A stretch of DNA of 38,459 nucleotides, taken from NCBI GenBank assembly GCA_050011835.1, contig JBEKII010000001.1, positions 238,262-276,720 of the forward strand, in the 5' to 3' direction. Below, one piece after another: positions 9,219-17,762 of this stretch. The first letter of the stretch is position 1. Each line of letters starts with the position of its first letter. This DNA is from Minisyncoccia bacterium. GTDB lineage: Bacteria; Patescibacteriota; Minisyncoccia; Phycocordibacterales; Phycocordibacteraceae. The notes under the pieces were generated by a model that was given only the letters and a program-made list of their open reading frames with translations, was not told where the DNA came from and did not search any database. Made by a program: the position numbers and the translations under genes.

Positions 9219-9255
9219 GAATCCCCAAGTTAGCCAGATGGTAACTTGGGGATTC
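9219..9255. terminator. Long hairpin between cassette 2 and convergent pheT
   Basis: GAATCCCCAAGTTA...TAACTTGGGGATTC, a perfect 14-bp stem. Confidence 0.8.
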
Positions 9256-9262
9256 TCTATTT

Positions 9263-11047
9263 TTAGCGGACTTCGTAGCCTTTTGCCGAGAGCGCAGAAG
9301 TAATTTTTTGCATGATTGCATTCACTTCGTCATCGGTGAGCGTCTTGCTGGGAGATTCAAACACAAGACGAAATGCGAAAGAAGTTACTGATTCATCTCC
9401 TTCCTTGGGGTAGATATCAAACGAATCCACTCGTAGAAGCAAATTTTCACCGGCCAGCAATATTTGAGTTCGAAGATCCATGATGTCCGAATTAGACGGT
9501 GCCCAAAATGCAATATCACGTAAAATAAACGGATAAATAGAAAACGGCTTGTATGCGCCGAGATGATACTGTTTCGGAATATATTCAGGCGCGTCTTGAA
9601 TCGGAGGCATATCCGGTACCGGCTCGGATGTCTCAACCGCGAGTTGTTCGCCTTCTTTTGGAAAAACGGTACCGATTTCAAACAATTTTAGTTTCTGATT
9701 CGGCGCGAGCACCAGCGGCGCATAATTTTTCGCACGTTCAAGTGCTTCTTTCATATTCTCATCCGAACTTTTACGCAGTGCGGGTTTCGTTTTATCAAGA
9801 GGATTCGCAAGATAGATGTCGCCCTTCTCCGCAAACGATTGCGTTGAAATTTCGGTGAAACCTTGCTCCACGAGTTGGTCTTTCATTTTTTCTATGCCAC
9901 GGAAGCGCGCCTGGTCCGGTGCCGCCGCGAGCGCCGGTAATTTCTGCGGCGAGATTTTGTCATAGCCGATAATCCTGCCGACTTCTTCGGCGAGGTCTTC
10001 GGGAATGGTAAGGTCAGTTCGTTCAAAGGGCGGCGTGATGGTAAATGTTTTACCTTCAACTTTTGTATCTAAATCAAGCCGTTTGAAAACATTCCTGACT
10101 TCTTCTTTTGAAAAATCCGAGCCGAGAACGCCGTTTATTTTCTCGAGCGATGCAAAAACTTTTTTGTTCTCTCCGGCTGGAGTCGGATACTTATCTACGA
10201 CGCCGATCACTTCCCCGCCAGCGATTTTTTGAATAAGCGCGAGGACATTACGCATGCCATACGCGCAGAGCTCCGGCGATGGACGGTTCTGGAAACGGAC
10301 TGATGCTTCAGTTGAGAGTTTCAATGCCTGCGCGGCACGGCGAATCGTCGTGCCGTCAAAATTTGCCGACTCAACGATAATATCAACCGTGTTCTCTGTG
10401 ATTTCCGCCGTCTTGCCGCCTTTCACGCCGGCAATACCAATCGCTGCATCTGAATTCGCGTCAACGATAAGAAGCACGCTCGACGGCAATGTGTATTCTT
10501 CTTCTGAAAGAACTGTTATTTTTTCTTCTCTTTTTGCATCTCTGATTTTAATCGCGTAATGACCATCTTTTTGCGTAAGTTTCCCTGCATCAAAAGCATG
10601 AAGCGGCTGGCCGATATCCAACATCACGTAATTGGTCGCGTCAACGATATTATTGATGGAACGTTGACCGACTGCTTCAAGGGTTTTACGCAGCCAATCC
10701 GGTGAGGGTTTAATCTTCACGCCTTTTACGACCGCGCCTATGTACCGCAAACATTTTTTTGGGTTTTCTATCGTTACCGAAGGTGCATTAGTTTTGGGAA
10801 ACTCTTGGAGCGGCTCACGAAGCGGGTCGTTTTTTAGCGGGATATTAAGAATCGCGGAGAGTTCCTTTGCAATGCCGCGATGACAGAAGCAGTCCGCCGC
10901 GCGATTCGGCAATACTTTCACATCAAGCATATCGTAAGATGCGTCTTCAATCTCAAAAGCATGGAAAGTAAGAGCGCCTGCAACCTCGATGCCGTTGGGT
11001 AAAGGTGAATTAAAATATTTTTCGAGCCACGAGAGAGAAACTTTCAT
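9263..11047 (-). CDS. pheT: Phenylalanyl-tRNA synthetase beta subunit (shortened)
   Basis: MKVSLSWL, PNRAADC..HRGIAKE, INNIVDATNYVMLDIGQPLHAFD, DLAEEVGRIIGYD and a C-terminal FDX-ACB domain (RDIAFW...TLTDDEVN). Confidence 0.95.
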   Translation of the reverse strand: MKVSLSWLEKYFNSPLPNGIEVAGALTFHAFEIEDASYDMLDVKVLPNRAADCFCHRGIAKELSAILNIPLKNDPLREPLQEFPKTNAPSVTIENPKKCLRYIGAVVKGVKIKPSPDWLRKTLEAVGQRSINNIVDATNYVMLDIGQPLHAFDAGKLTQKDGHYAIKIRDAKREEKITVLSEEEYTLPSSVLLIVDANSDAAIGIAGVKGGKTAEITENTVDIIVESANFDGTTIRRAAQALKLSTEASVRFQNRPSPELCAYGMRNVLALIQKIAGGEVIGVVDKYPTPAGENKKVFASLEKINGVLGSDFSKEEVRNVFKRLDLDTKVEGKTFTITPPFERTDLTIPEDLAEEVGRIIGYDKISPQKLPALAAAPDQARFRGIEKMKDQLVEQGFTEISTQSFAEKGDIYLANPLDKTKPALRKSSDENMKEALERAKNYAPLVLAPNQKLKLFEIGTVFPKEGEQLAVETSEPVPDMPPIQDAPEYIPKQYHLGAYKPFSIYPFILRDIAFWAPSNSDIMDLRTQILLAGENLLLRVDSFDIYPKEGDESVTSFAFRLVFESPSKTLTDDEVNAIMQKITSALSAKGYEVR

Positions 11048-11763
11048 ATTTTCTTTTCCTCAAATCCATAGACAAAGCGGATGTCACCAGAATGAAAGAG
11101 GCGTATATCGGGGATACCGTACTTAATCATGGCGAAACGTTCAATGCCCAAACCAAATGCGAAGCCTTGATATTTTGTCGCATCAACATGAGCATTCTCC
11201 AGTACTTTCGGATGCACCATGCCGGCACCCACCACTTCAAGCCATTTCTGTTGCGCAGAAAACCATACGTCCACCTCAACAGACGGCTCGGTAAATGGGA
11301 AGAAGCTCGGACGCAGGCGGATTTCCGCATTGTTGCCGAAATACTCCTTGCAGAATTGCTCGAGCGTTCTCTTCAGATGCGCGAGTGAGACATTGGTGTC
11401 AATCGCGAGTCCTTCAAGCTGGTAGAACTGCGCTTCGTGCGTCATGTCGGTCGCTTCATTGCGGAACACTTTTCCGGGCACGACGATGCGCGTCGGCGCT
11501 CCTTGCTTTTCAAGCCAGCGAATCTGCATCGGCGAGGTATGTGTTCGCAGAACTTTGTGCTCTTCTCCCTCTTTTGTTTTTATCCAAAAGGTGTCCCACA
11601 TATCCCGCGATGGATGATCCGCGGGAATATTCAATGCATCAAAGTTATACCATTCGGTTTCAAGTTCCGGCCCTTGAACGACGCCGAAACCCATGCGACC
11701 AAAAATATCCGCCATATCGCGAATAGTGATAGAGATCGGATGGAGACGGCCTTGTTGGTTCAT
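11044..11763 (-). CDS. pheS: Phenylalanyl-tRNA synthetase alpha subunit (no N-terminal coiled coil)
   Basis: GRLHP, NFDALNIPADHPSRDMWDTF, LRTHTSPMQ, FPFTEPSVEVD, GFAFGLGIERFAM. ATGA overlap with pheT. Confidence 0.96.
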   Translation of the reverse strand: MNQQGRLHPISITIRDMADIFGRMGFGVVQGPELETEWYNFDALNIPADHPSRDMWDTFWIKTKEGEEHKVLRTHTSPMQIRWLEKQGAPTRIVVPGKVFRNEATDMTHEAQFYQLEGLAIDTNVSLAHLKRTLEQFCKEYFGNNAEIRLRPSFFPFTEPSVEVDVWFSAQQKWLEVVGAGMVHPKVLENAHVDATKYQGFAFGLGIERFAMIKYGIPDIRLFHSGDIRFVYGFEEKKI

Positions 11764-11801
11764 TCTTAAAATATAACAAACTATGCTACAATTGCGCTAC
11801 T

Positions 11802-13040
11802 ATGAGTCTCGAGACGCTCGCATATCCTTTTCTTTTCATCGCAATATTTTTTGAGTCGTTTGTTCTCGTGACCCTGCTTTCAAAACCCGCCCGAACGGCA
11901 CGGGCGCGGCGCCCGGGCACGGAGACGCCTTCGGTTGCTGCCATCGTGCCCTGTTATAACGAAGCCACGACGGTCGCCGCAACGTGCGATTCTCTTTTGG
12001 CACTTGATTATCCGAAAGAAAAGCTTGAAATTATTCTTGTGGATGATGGCTCCACTGATGCAACGCCGGAAATTATGGCGCGTTTCGCCAAGTATCCACA
12101 GGTACAAATCATCCGCAAAAAAAATGGTGGGAAGCACACTGCGCTAAACGCCGGCGTCGCTGTTACCCATGCGAAAATTATCGGATGTCTTGACGCCGAT
12201 TCTTTTGTGGAATCGGACGCACTCCGCGAGATTATTTTTTGTTTCCGTAATCCCCACGTTGCCGCCGTCACTGCCGCAATGTCCGTTCACAAACCCGGAA
12301 ATATTCTCCAGCACATGCAAAATGCCGAATACGCGTTTGGTATTGCGCTTCGGCATGCATTCGCCTCGGTCAATGGCATTTACGTTACGCCTGGGCCGTT
12401 TTCCTTCTACCGGCGGGCTATCGTGGAGCGTTTGGGCGGATTTCGCTACGGTCATCAGACCGAGGACATGGAAATGGCGCTTCGCATTCAAAGAGCAGGA
12501 TATGCGATAGAGAATGCACCGCATGCTCGCGTCTACACCAAAGCGCCTAGCACGCTTCGAGGACTCATAAAGCAGCGTACACGCTGGGTGTCCGGTTTTC
12601 TCCGCAACGTGCTCGGCGAGTACCGATGCCTCATCGTGAATCGTCGCCGCGGAGCGCTTGGAATGTTGGTGCTTCCCTCCGCACTTATCGCTATTGTCAG
12701 TGGCATCTTGCTTTTCGCGCTTATTCTTTTTAGAGGCATACAGTATTTCATAACGGCAATTGAAGTCCGGGTGGGCGTTCCTCTCTCCTACGCACTTCTG
12801 CCGCACGGCCCGTTTGATTTATTTTATTTTCCCGCGAGTTTCTATCTATTCCTCGGCCTTGTGACGCTGGCTGCTTCGCTTTTCCTAATTACGGTCGGCA
12901 GACGCATTTCAAAAACACCGGGCAACATGGTGCTTGACCTCATTTCTTACACTCTTATTTACGGCTTCGTCGTTCCTCTTTGGCTCATTCGTGCGACGAG
13001 CGACGTCGCTCTTGGCAAACGCCGCGATTGGAGGTATTAA
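11802..13040 (+). CDS. Processive GT2 glycosyltransferase (IcaA/PgaC/cellulose-synthase-like)
   Basis: VDDGSTD, GGK..ALN, LDADS, TEDMEM and QRTRW (D,D,D,QxxRW) motifs, with C-terminal TM helices. Confidence 0.9.
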   Translation: MSLETLAYPFLFIAIFFESFVLVTLLSKPARTARARRPGTETPSVAAIVPCYNEATTVAATCDSLLALDYPKEKLEIILVDDGSTDATPEIMARFAKYPQVQIIRKKNGGKHTALNAGVAVTHAKIIGCLDADSFVESDALREIIFCFRNPHVAAVTAAMSVHKPGNILQHMQNAEYAFGIALRHAFASVNGIYVTPGPFSFYRRAIVERLGGFRYGHQTEDMEMALRIQRAGYAIENAPHARVYTKAPSTLRGLIKQRTRWVSGFLRNVLGEYRCLIVNRRRGALGMLVLPSALIAIVSGILLFALILFRGIQYFITAIEVRVGVPLSYALLPHGPFDLFYFPASFYLFLGLVTLAASLFLITVGRRISKTPGNMVLDLISYTLIYGFVVPLWLIRATSDVALGKRRDWRY

Positions 13041-13052
13041 GAGACAATCAAT

Positions 13053-13721
13053 ATGTCTCTCGTCACCAGAAATGCACTTATAGCTCTTGGCATCACGCTC
13101 GCGCTCGCGGGCACCGTCGCATACACCGTTAGATATTTGAATCGCACGCACGTCGCTGAACTCTCAAATATAGAGGACCAGCTTTCCATTGACACGCTTT
13201 CTCTTGATACGCAATTCTCTCTGCTTGAGGAAGCGCCGTGCGATAGCGCCGCCTCCTCCACAACGCTCACGAGCGAGCTTACTGATTTGGGTAATCGCCT
13301 CTCCTACGCCGAAAACCAGCTCGGGAGCGACAATGCACAGGTGATACGGCTTAAGGAACAGTATTCTCTGCTTGAAATTCGCGATTACCTTATCACCAAA
13401 CAACTCGCCGCCGCCTGCGGCACGAAGCCCGTCATCGTTCTATATTTTTACAGCAACACCGGCGACTGCGGTGAATGCGACAAAGCCGGTTATGCGCTTT
13501 CCTATTTGCGCACCACGTATCCGTCACTGCGCGTCTATTCCTTTGATTATAATTTAGACCTCGGCGCATTAAAAACTTTCATCACCATTACGAAGGTGCG
13601 CGATTCTTTACCCGCTTTCGTTATCAACGGGAAGCAGTTCTACGGCTTTACATCGCTCGCCGACCTTGAAAATCAATTCCCTAGAGGTGCGCTCGCAACA
13701 ACGACAACGCCAAATTTTTAA
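13053..13721 (+). CDS. Membrane-anchored thioredoxin-fold protein
   Basis: N-terminal TM helix, coiled segment, YFYS...CGEC (CxxC) and a LPAFVING cis-Pro-like motif. Confidence 0.65.
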   Translation: MSLVTRNALIALGITLALAGTVAYTVRYLNRTHVAELSNIEDQLSIDTLSLDTQFSLLEEAPCDSAASSTTLTSELTDLGNRLSYAENQLGSDNAQVIRLKEQYSLLEIRDYLITKQLAAACGTKPVIVLYFYSNTGDCGECDKAGYALSYLRTTYPSLRVYSFDYNLDLGALKTFITITKVRDSLPAFVINGKQFYGFTSLADLENQFPRGALATTTTPNF

Positions 13722-13723
13722 TA

Positions 13724-13752
13724 TTGACGACCCACGCATCATATGCTATACA
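13724..13752 (+). promoter_or_regulatory. Sigma70-type promoter of cassette 3
   Basis: TTGACG (13724), 17 nt spacer, TGcTATACA. SD GAGGAGGT precedes ATG 13815. Confidence 0.6.
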
Positions 13753-13814
13753 AATAAGCGGAAATGTAGGCCGTTCGGCCTATAAGATCATTACATTCAC
13801 AAGAGGAGGTCAGT

Positions 13815-14984
13815 ATGAAATCAGTGTGTATGCGGAATCTGGTTGGCGGATTCCTTGGTGGAATCCTTGGAATCCTCGTCGCGTGGTTCGTGGCGCCAAT
13901 GACCTTGCCCTTCGGAGTTCTGGCCGGTGTAGTCGTTGGCTGGTGGAGCAAAGATGTCGCCCAACTATTCCTTGAGGTCGGCAGGCAATCCTGCCGACAA
14001 ATCAAAAGGACGGCCAGCGTAGTCGACACAATAGATTGTGCCGTGTCGAAACTCACTCGACTCTGCGGCTTCCCTGTGTGGGCCATAACCGCTTGCCGTT
14101 GGGTTATTACCAGGGCAATCATTGGAACTCTTGTCTTCATCGCTTCGGTCCCTTCTCACTTCTGGCGATGGCAAAGAAGTCATTCAATGAATTTGGCCTG
14201 CGTTGTCACTCTGATAACATTCTTGCTGTTTGTCTTCGGAATTCCGGTTTTGATGTTTTTTACAAGTTCGCATTTCGGAACCAAAAGCAACAGCGACAGA
14301 GGGGGAATCGCTATTTTAGGCATGCTCTTAGCACTGTTTGGCACAATGGCGTATTCCTTCGAGGGTGGTTGGAAAAATCAGAAAGAAACCGATGAGCTCA
14401 GACACTTCTATCGAGAATGGGAAGTCATTAGCCACCATGGTGCAGTAGGGTTTTCTTTCTATCTTCTCGGTAAATACATCAGGTACACGGTCGGCATTAT
14501 TGGATTTCTGGTGATGATTATATTGTGGTTCTTACTCAGTATACCAACCGGGGTTGTCGTTGCCTTTCTCTTCTTTGTGGCTGAATTGGCGCAAGGACTA
14601 TATCGAATAGTAAGTCGTCCCGGACATTGGCTCTGTTTTGGAGCCACTGTAACGGTGACGGCGTTTTCGTGGTTTTTCTTCCACAAGCATTTCACCGATC
14701 CTCGCGTCCTATGGACGGTCGCATTAGGCACGGGCGTTATCTCCGGTGGAGTTACCGAAATGGCGAGAAGCCTGCTACTCTTTTGCGCAAATGTCTCGGC
14801 GATTAGCCAAATGTTCACAAAAGGAAAAAAGAAATGGCAGACAATAATTGCTAACTATAACGACGGGGCAGATTACTATGCAACCGCCATCATAGGCTTG
14901 TGGTTTGGACAAAGTCGTGCGGCTCGTGTATTGCGTGCGATTTGTTTCAACACGCCGATCGCATGGCCGGTCCGAATAATCTGA
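13815..14984 (+). CDS. Hypothetical polytopic membrane protein, orphan cassette 3
   Basis: 389 aa with many hydrophobic helices, a strong SD and its own terminator. Confidence 0.8.
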   Translation: MKSVCMRNLVGGFLGGILGILVAWFVAPMTLPFGVLAGVVVGWWSKDVAQLFLEVGRQSCRQIKRTASVVDTIDCAVSKLTRLCGFPVWAITACRWVITRAIIGTLVFIASVPSHFWRWQRSHSMNLACVVTLITFLLFVFGIPVLMFFTSSHFGTKSNSDRGGIAILGMLLALFGTMAYSFEGGWKNQKETDELRHFYREWEVISHHGAVGFSFYLLGKYIRYTVGIIGFLVMIILWFLLSIPTGVVVAFLFFVAELAQGLYRIVSRPGHWLCFGATVTVTAFSWFFFHKHFTDPRVLWTVALGTGVISGGVTEMARSLLLFCANVSAISQMFTKGKKKWQTIIANYNDGADYYATAIIGLWFGQSRAARVLRAICFNTPIAWPVRII

Positions 14985-15001
14985 TCTTTCTGTAAATCGC
15001 T

Positions 15002-15032
15002 GGCGCCTATGGATTTTATCTCCGTAGGCGCC
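15002..15032. terminator. Hairpin terminator between cassette 3 and the convergent tRNA
   Basis: GGCGCCTATGGA-ttttatc-TCCGTAGGCGCC, with a T tract shortly after. Confidence 0.75.
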
Positions 15033-15046
15033 TGCTCCTTTTTATG

Positions 15047-15120
15047 AGCCGCCTCTCGGATTCGGACCGAGGACATCCACTTTACAAAAGTGGCGCTCTG
15101 ACCAACTGAGCTAAGGCGGC
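15047..15120 (-). tRNA. tRNA-Thr (anticodon UGU), CCA not encoded
   Basis: GCCGCCT/AGGCGGC acceptor stem, D arm TAGCTCAGTTGGTCAGAGC, anticodon arm CCACT-TTTGTAA-AGTGG, T arm CTCGG-TCCGAAT-CCGAG. Confidence 0.95.
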
Positions 15121-15127
15121 GTTCTCT

Positions 15128-15535
15128 TTAATATATATCGGGTATCTTAGGGCGTGTTGTTTCAAGATGGTCCTTGAAATCGGAAAGGGTTTTTACGAAT
15201 TCTCGCGCGTTTCCGCGCGGCGTGATATCACTTGCGCGCTGAATGCGCAGATACCTAACCAAATGCGTGAGGAAACGTTCAACGGCGCGCACCATCCTAA
15301 GCGAGAAGTGCGCGATGTCATGCGCGATACGGCGCGCGATACGAAACGTTTCCTCACGCAAGAATAAACCGAAGTCAACGTGTGCTAAAACGAATTTAAC
15401 GCGTTCCACATTTTCATCCAGGCGAACGCGCCCACGCGCGAACACGCGCGTTCCCTTCTGCGTCTCATAAATGGAAAGCAGAAGAAAAGCCGCGAGAAGC
15501 AGCAATGTCGCAAGAATAAAAATAAGGTACGTCAT
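15128..15535 (-). CDS. Hypothetical protein with an N-terminal TM helix
   Basis: MTYLIFILATLLLLAAFLLL then a basic helical region. Lies directly downstream of tsf. Confidence 0.75.
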   Translation of the reverse strand: MTYLIFILATLLLLAAFLLLSIYETQKGTRVFARGRVRLDENVERVKFVLAHVDFGLFLREETFRIARRIAHDIAHFSLRMVRAVERFLTHLVRYLRIQRASDITPRGNAREFVKTLSDFKDHLETTRPKIPDIY

Positions 15536-15540
15536 GATAA

Positions 15541-15993
15541 TCAACGAAGAGAAATGCGCGCGAAGTTGCTTATGTCAACGCGCTCACCGAACTTCTGTGT
15601 TGCCTTATTGAGAAGGTCACGTATGGTCTCGGTCTCATCCTTGATGAACGGTTGTGCAAGCAAATCTTCTGTATGTTCTGGGTCCATCGCCGCAACCTGC
15701 ATCGCAAGTTCGCGCGCGAGCGCTACAAATTCGGAATTCTTGGCAACAAAATCCGTCTCGCAGGAAAGAAGCACCAATGCGCCGATACTCCCCTCATGCG
15801 TATAGCTCCCCACCACGCCCGCCTTAAGAGAACGCTCTGCTTTTTTAAATGCAGATACGGCCGAATTTTTCTTGAGAATGGCTTTGGCTTTCTCCATATC
15901 ACCGCCGGCTTCTTCAAGCGCCTTTTTGCATTGCATAACGGACACGCCAGTTACCTCGCGCAATTCCCTGATGCGGTCAGCCGTGATTTCCAT
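15541..15993 (-). CDS. tsf: Elongation factor Ts (short, 150 aa)
   Basis: IRELREVTGVSVMQCKKALEEAGGD, CETDFVAK, MQVAAM.P. Follows rpsB. Confidence 0.95.
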   Translation of the reverse strand: MEITADRIRELREVTGVSVMQCKKALEEAGGDMEKAKAILKKNSAVSAFKKAERSLKAGVVGSYTHEGSIGALVLLSCETDFVAKNSEFVALARELAMQVAAMDPEHTEDLLAQPFIKDETETIRDLLNKATQKFGERVDISNFARISLR

Positions 15994-16011
15994 ATCAGAT
16001 TACGTTCTATA

Positions 16012-16710
16012 TTATACCGCTTGTCCCTTCTGAAATGCATCGGTAAGTTCGGCAAGAATGAACTGTACCGTCTCGCGAGAAGTGTCGTTTGCGACTATGG
16101 GATATGTCGCATCTTTAATATCACAGTCCGAACTCATAACGGCGATGATGGGAATATTCGCATCTTTTGCCTCCTTTACTGCATGTTTCTCGTGCTTGGT
16201 GTCAACGACCACAAGTGCATCCGGGCGTTTCGCTAAGGTCGTAATACCGTCAAGCCGTTCTTCAAGCCGCCTCTTCTCGCGTTCTATTTTTATGAGCTCA
16301 AGTTTCGTGTGCTGCTTAGCGAGCGCCCCAACCGTTGACTTTTCTCTAAGCTCAACGAGCCGGTCAATGCGTTTTTTTATTTCGTTCCAGTTAGAAATGG
16401 TGCCGCCGAGCCAGCGTGATGCAACGAAGGGCGCCGAGATATTCTGCGCTGCTTTTTTCACGAGCGCGGCAATTTCCACCTTCCCGCCCACATATAGAAC
16501 TATCTTCCCTTCTTTCGCGAGAACATTCATAGCTGTCTTGGCGGCTTCAAGTTGTTCAGTTGTTTGCACAAGGTCAATAATTTCTCGCCGTCCTTTCGTA
16601 CCCACGAGATAGGGCTTCATAGAAGGATGCCGGCGGCTTTTCACTTGTGCGAAATGCGCACCCACGTTAAAAAGGCGCTTCCATTCCTTCGTATCACTCT
16701 CTTTCGTCAT
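16012..16710 (-). CDS. rpsB: 30S ribosomal protein S2
   Basis: GAHF....RHPSMKPY, RWLGGTISNW, PDALVVVD..EKHAVKEA, YPIVAND. Confidence 0.95.
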   Translation of the reverse strand: MTKESDTKEWKRLFNVGAHFAQVKSRRHPSMKPYLVGTKGRREIIDLVQTTEQLEAAKTAMNVLAKEGKIVLYVGGKVEIAALVKKAAQNISAPFVASRWLGGTISNWNEIKKRIDRLVELREKSTVGALAKQHTKLELIKIEREKRRLEERLDGITTLAKRPDALVVVDTKHEKHAVKEAKDANIPIIAVMSSDCDIKDATYPIVANDTSRETVQFILAELTDAFQKGQAV

Positions 16711-16730
16711 GTGAGGCCACTCTACCCGAA

Positions 16731-17492
16731 TCACGATTGAGACGCAAGGCGAAGCGCATCAATAATGTCGTCAATGCCGCCGGCAAGAATCTTCGGCAAG
16801 TTATGCCAGGATTTCTGCAAACGATGGTCGGTAACGCGGTCTTGAAGATAATTGTAGGTGCGAATCTTCTCGGAGCGGTCGCCAGTGCCTATTTGCGCTT
16901 TCCGCTCCGCCGCGTGTTCCCTTGCGCCTTGTTCTTCCTGCAACTGCTCAAGTTTCGCGGAAAGAATCTGCATCGCTTTCTCGCGATTCGCCTGTTGGCT
17001 GCGTTCGGAAGAAGAACGCACATCAATACCGGTCGGCGTGTGGATGAGCCGAACCGCCGTCTCAACTTTGTTTACGTTCTGCCCGCCCGCGCCGCCACTT
17101 CTGGAAAATTCTATTTTGATATCAGAAGGACGTATATCTATGGTTGATTTCGCACGGATCGGCAGCACGGCAACCGAGGCGGTGGACGTATGAATGCGGC
17201 CCGACTTCTCGGTGAGAGGAACGCGCTGGACTCGATGCACGCCGGTTTCATATTGCAGAGCATCGTAGGCCTCAGCGCCCACGATTTCCAAGGTGAGGTC
17301 ATCAATAACGCGCGTTTTCCATCCGCGATGTTCGGCATACTTTTGATACATCTCTTTCAAATCACGAGCGAAAATAGCCGCCTCGTTGCCGCCGGCGCCG
17401 GCGCGCAGCTCCATCACGACCGAAGTGGGAAGCGCCGCATCCGGTTCTTTTTTGTCTTTTTGTAATCCGTGCAGATAGTCTGCGTAGTCCAT
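16731..17492 (-). CDS. prfA: Peptide chain release factor 1, N-terminally truncated form
   Basis: [26 protein letters not shown] (PxT), [49 protein letters not shown]. Confidence 0.92.
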   Translation of the reverse strand: MDYADYLHGLQKDKKEPDAALPTSVVMELRAGAGGNEAAIFARDLKEMYQKYAEHRGWKTRVIDDLTLEIVGAEAYDALQYETGVHRVQRVPLTEKSGRIHTSTASVAVLPIRAKSTIDIRPSDIKIEFSRSGGAGGQNVNKVETAVRLIHTPTGIDVRSSSERSQQANREKAMQILSAKLEQLQEEQGAREHAAERKAQIGTGDRSEKIRTYNYLQDRVTDHRLQKSWHNLPKILAGGIDDIIDALRLASQS

Positions 17493-17741
17493 TTATTTTT
17501 TCTTTGCGGCGCGCTGTTTGAAGCGCTCCACGCGACCGGTCTTATCGAGCATGCGGTCTTCGCCGGTGTAGAACGGATGCGACTTGCTGGAAATTTCAAC
17601 CGTTGTCTTCGGATATTTTTTCCCTTCAAAGGTCGCTGTTTCCGTCGTTGCCATCGTAGACCCAATAAGAAACTTCGCGCCGGAAGCGAGGTCTTCAAAT
17701 ATGACGGGGCGATACCCCTCCGGATGGATATTTTTTTTCAT
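17493..17741 (-). CDS. rpmE: 50S ribosomal protein L31 (type B, no Zn-binding cysteines)
   Basis: [15 protein letters not shown]...[13 protein letters not shown]...DKTGRVERF. Confidence 0.95.
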   Translation of the reverse strand: MKKNIHPEGYRPVIFEDLASGAKFLIGSTMATTETATFEGKKYPKTTVEISSKSHPFYTGEDRMLDKTGRVERFKQRAAKKK

Positions 17742-17762
17742 CCAGCCGATGATAGCACAGCT

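Noticed and set aside
8593-9262. pheT 3' or gyrB 5' stub flanking cassette 2
   Set aside because: Looked for by eye and not found; only a 7-nt chance match (TTAGCCA) inside the terminator.
13722-15120. Island integrated at the tRNA-Thr 3' end
   Set aside because: No duplicated tRNA 3' fragment was found on the far side of cassette 3, and there is no integrase.
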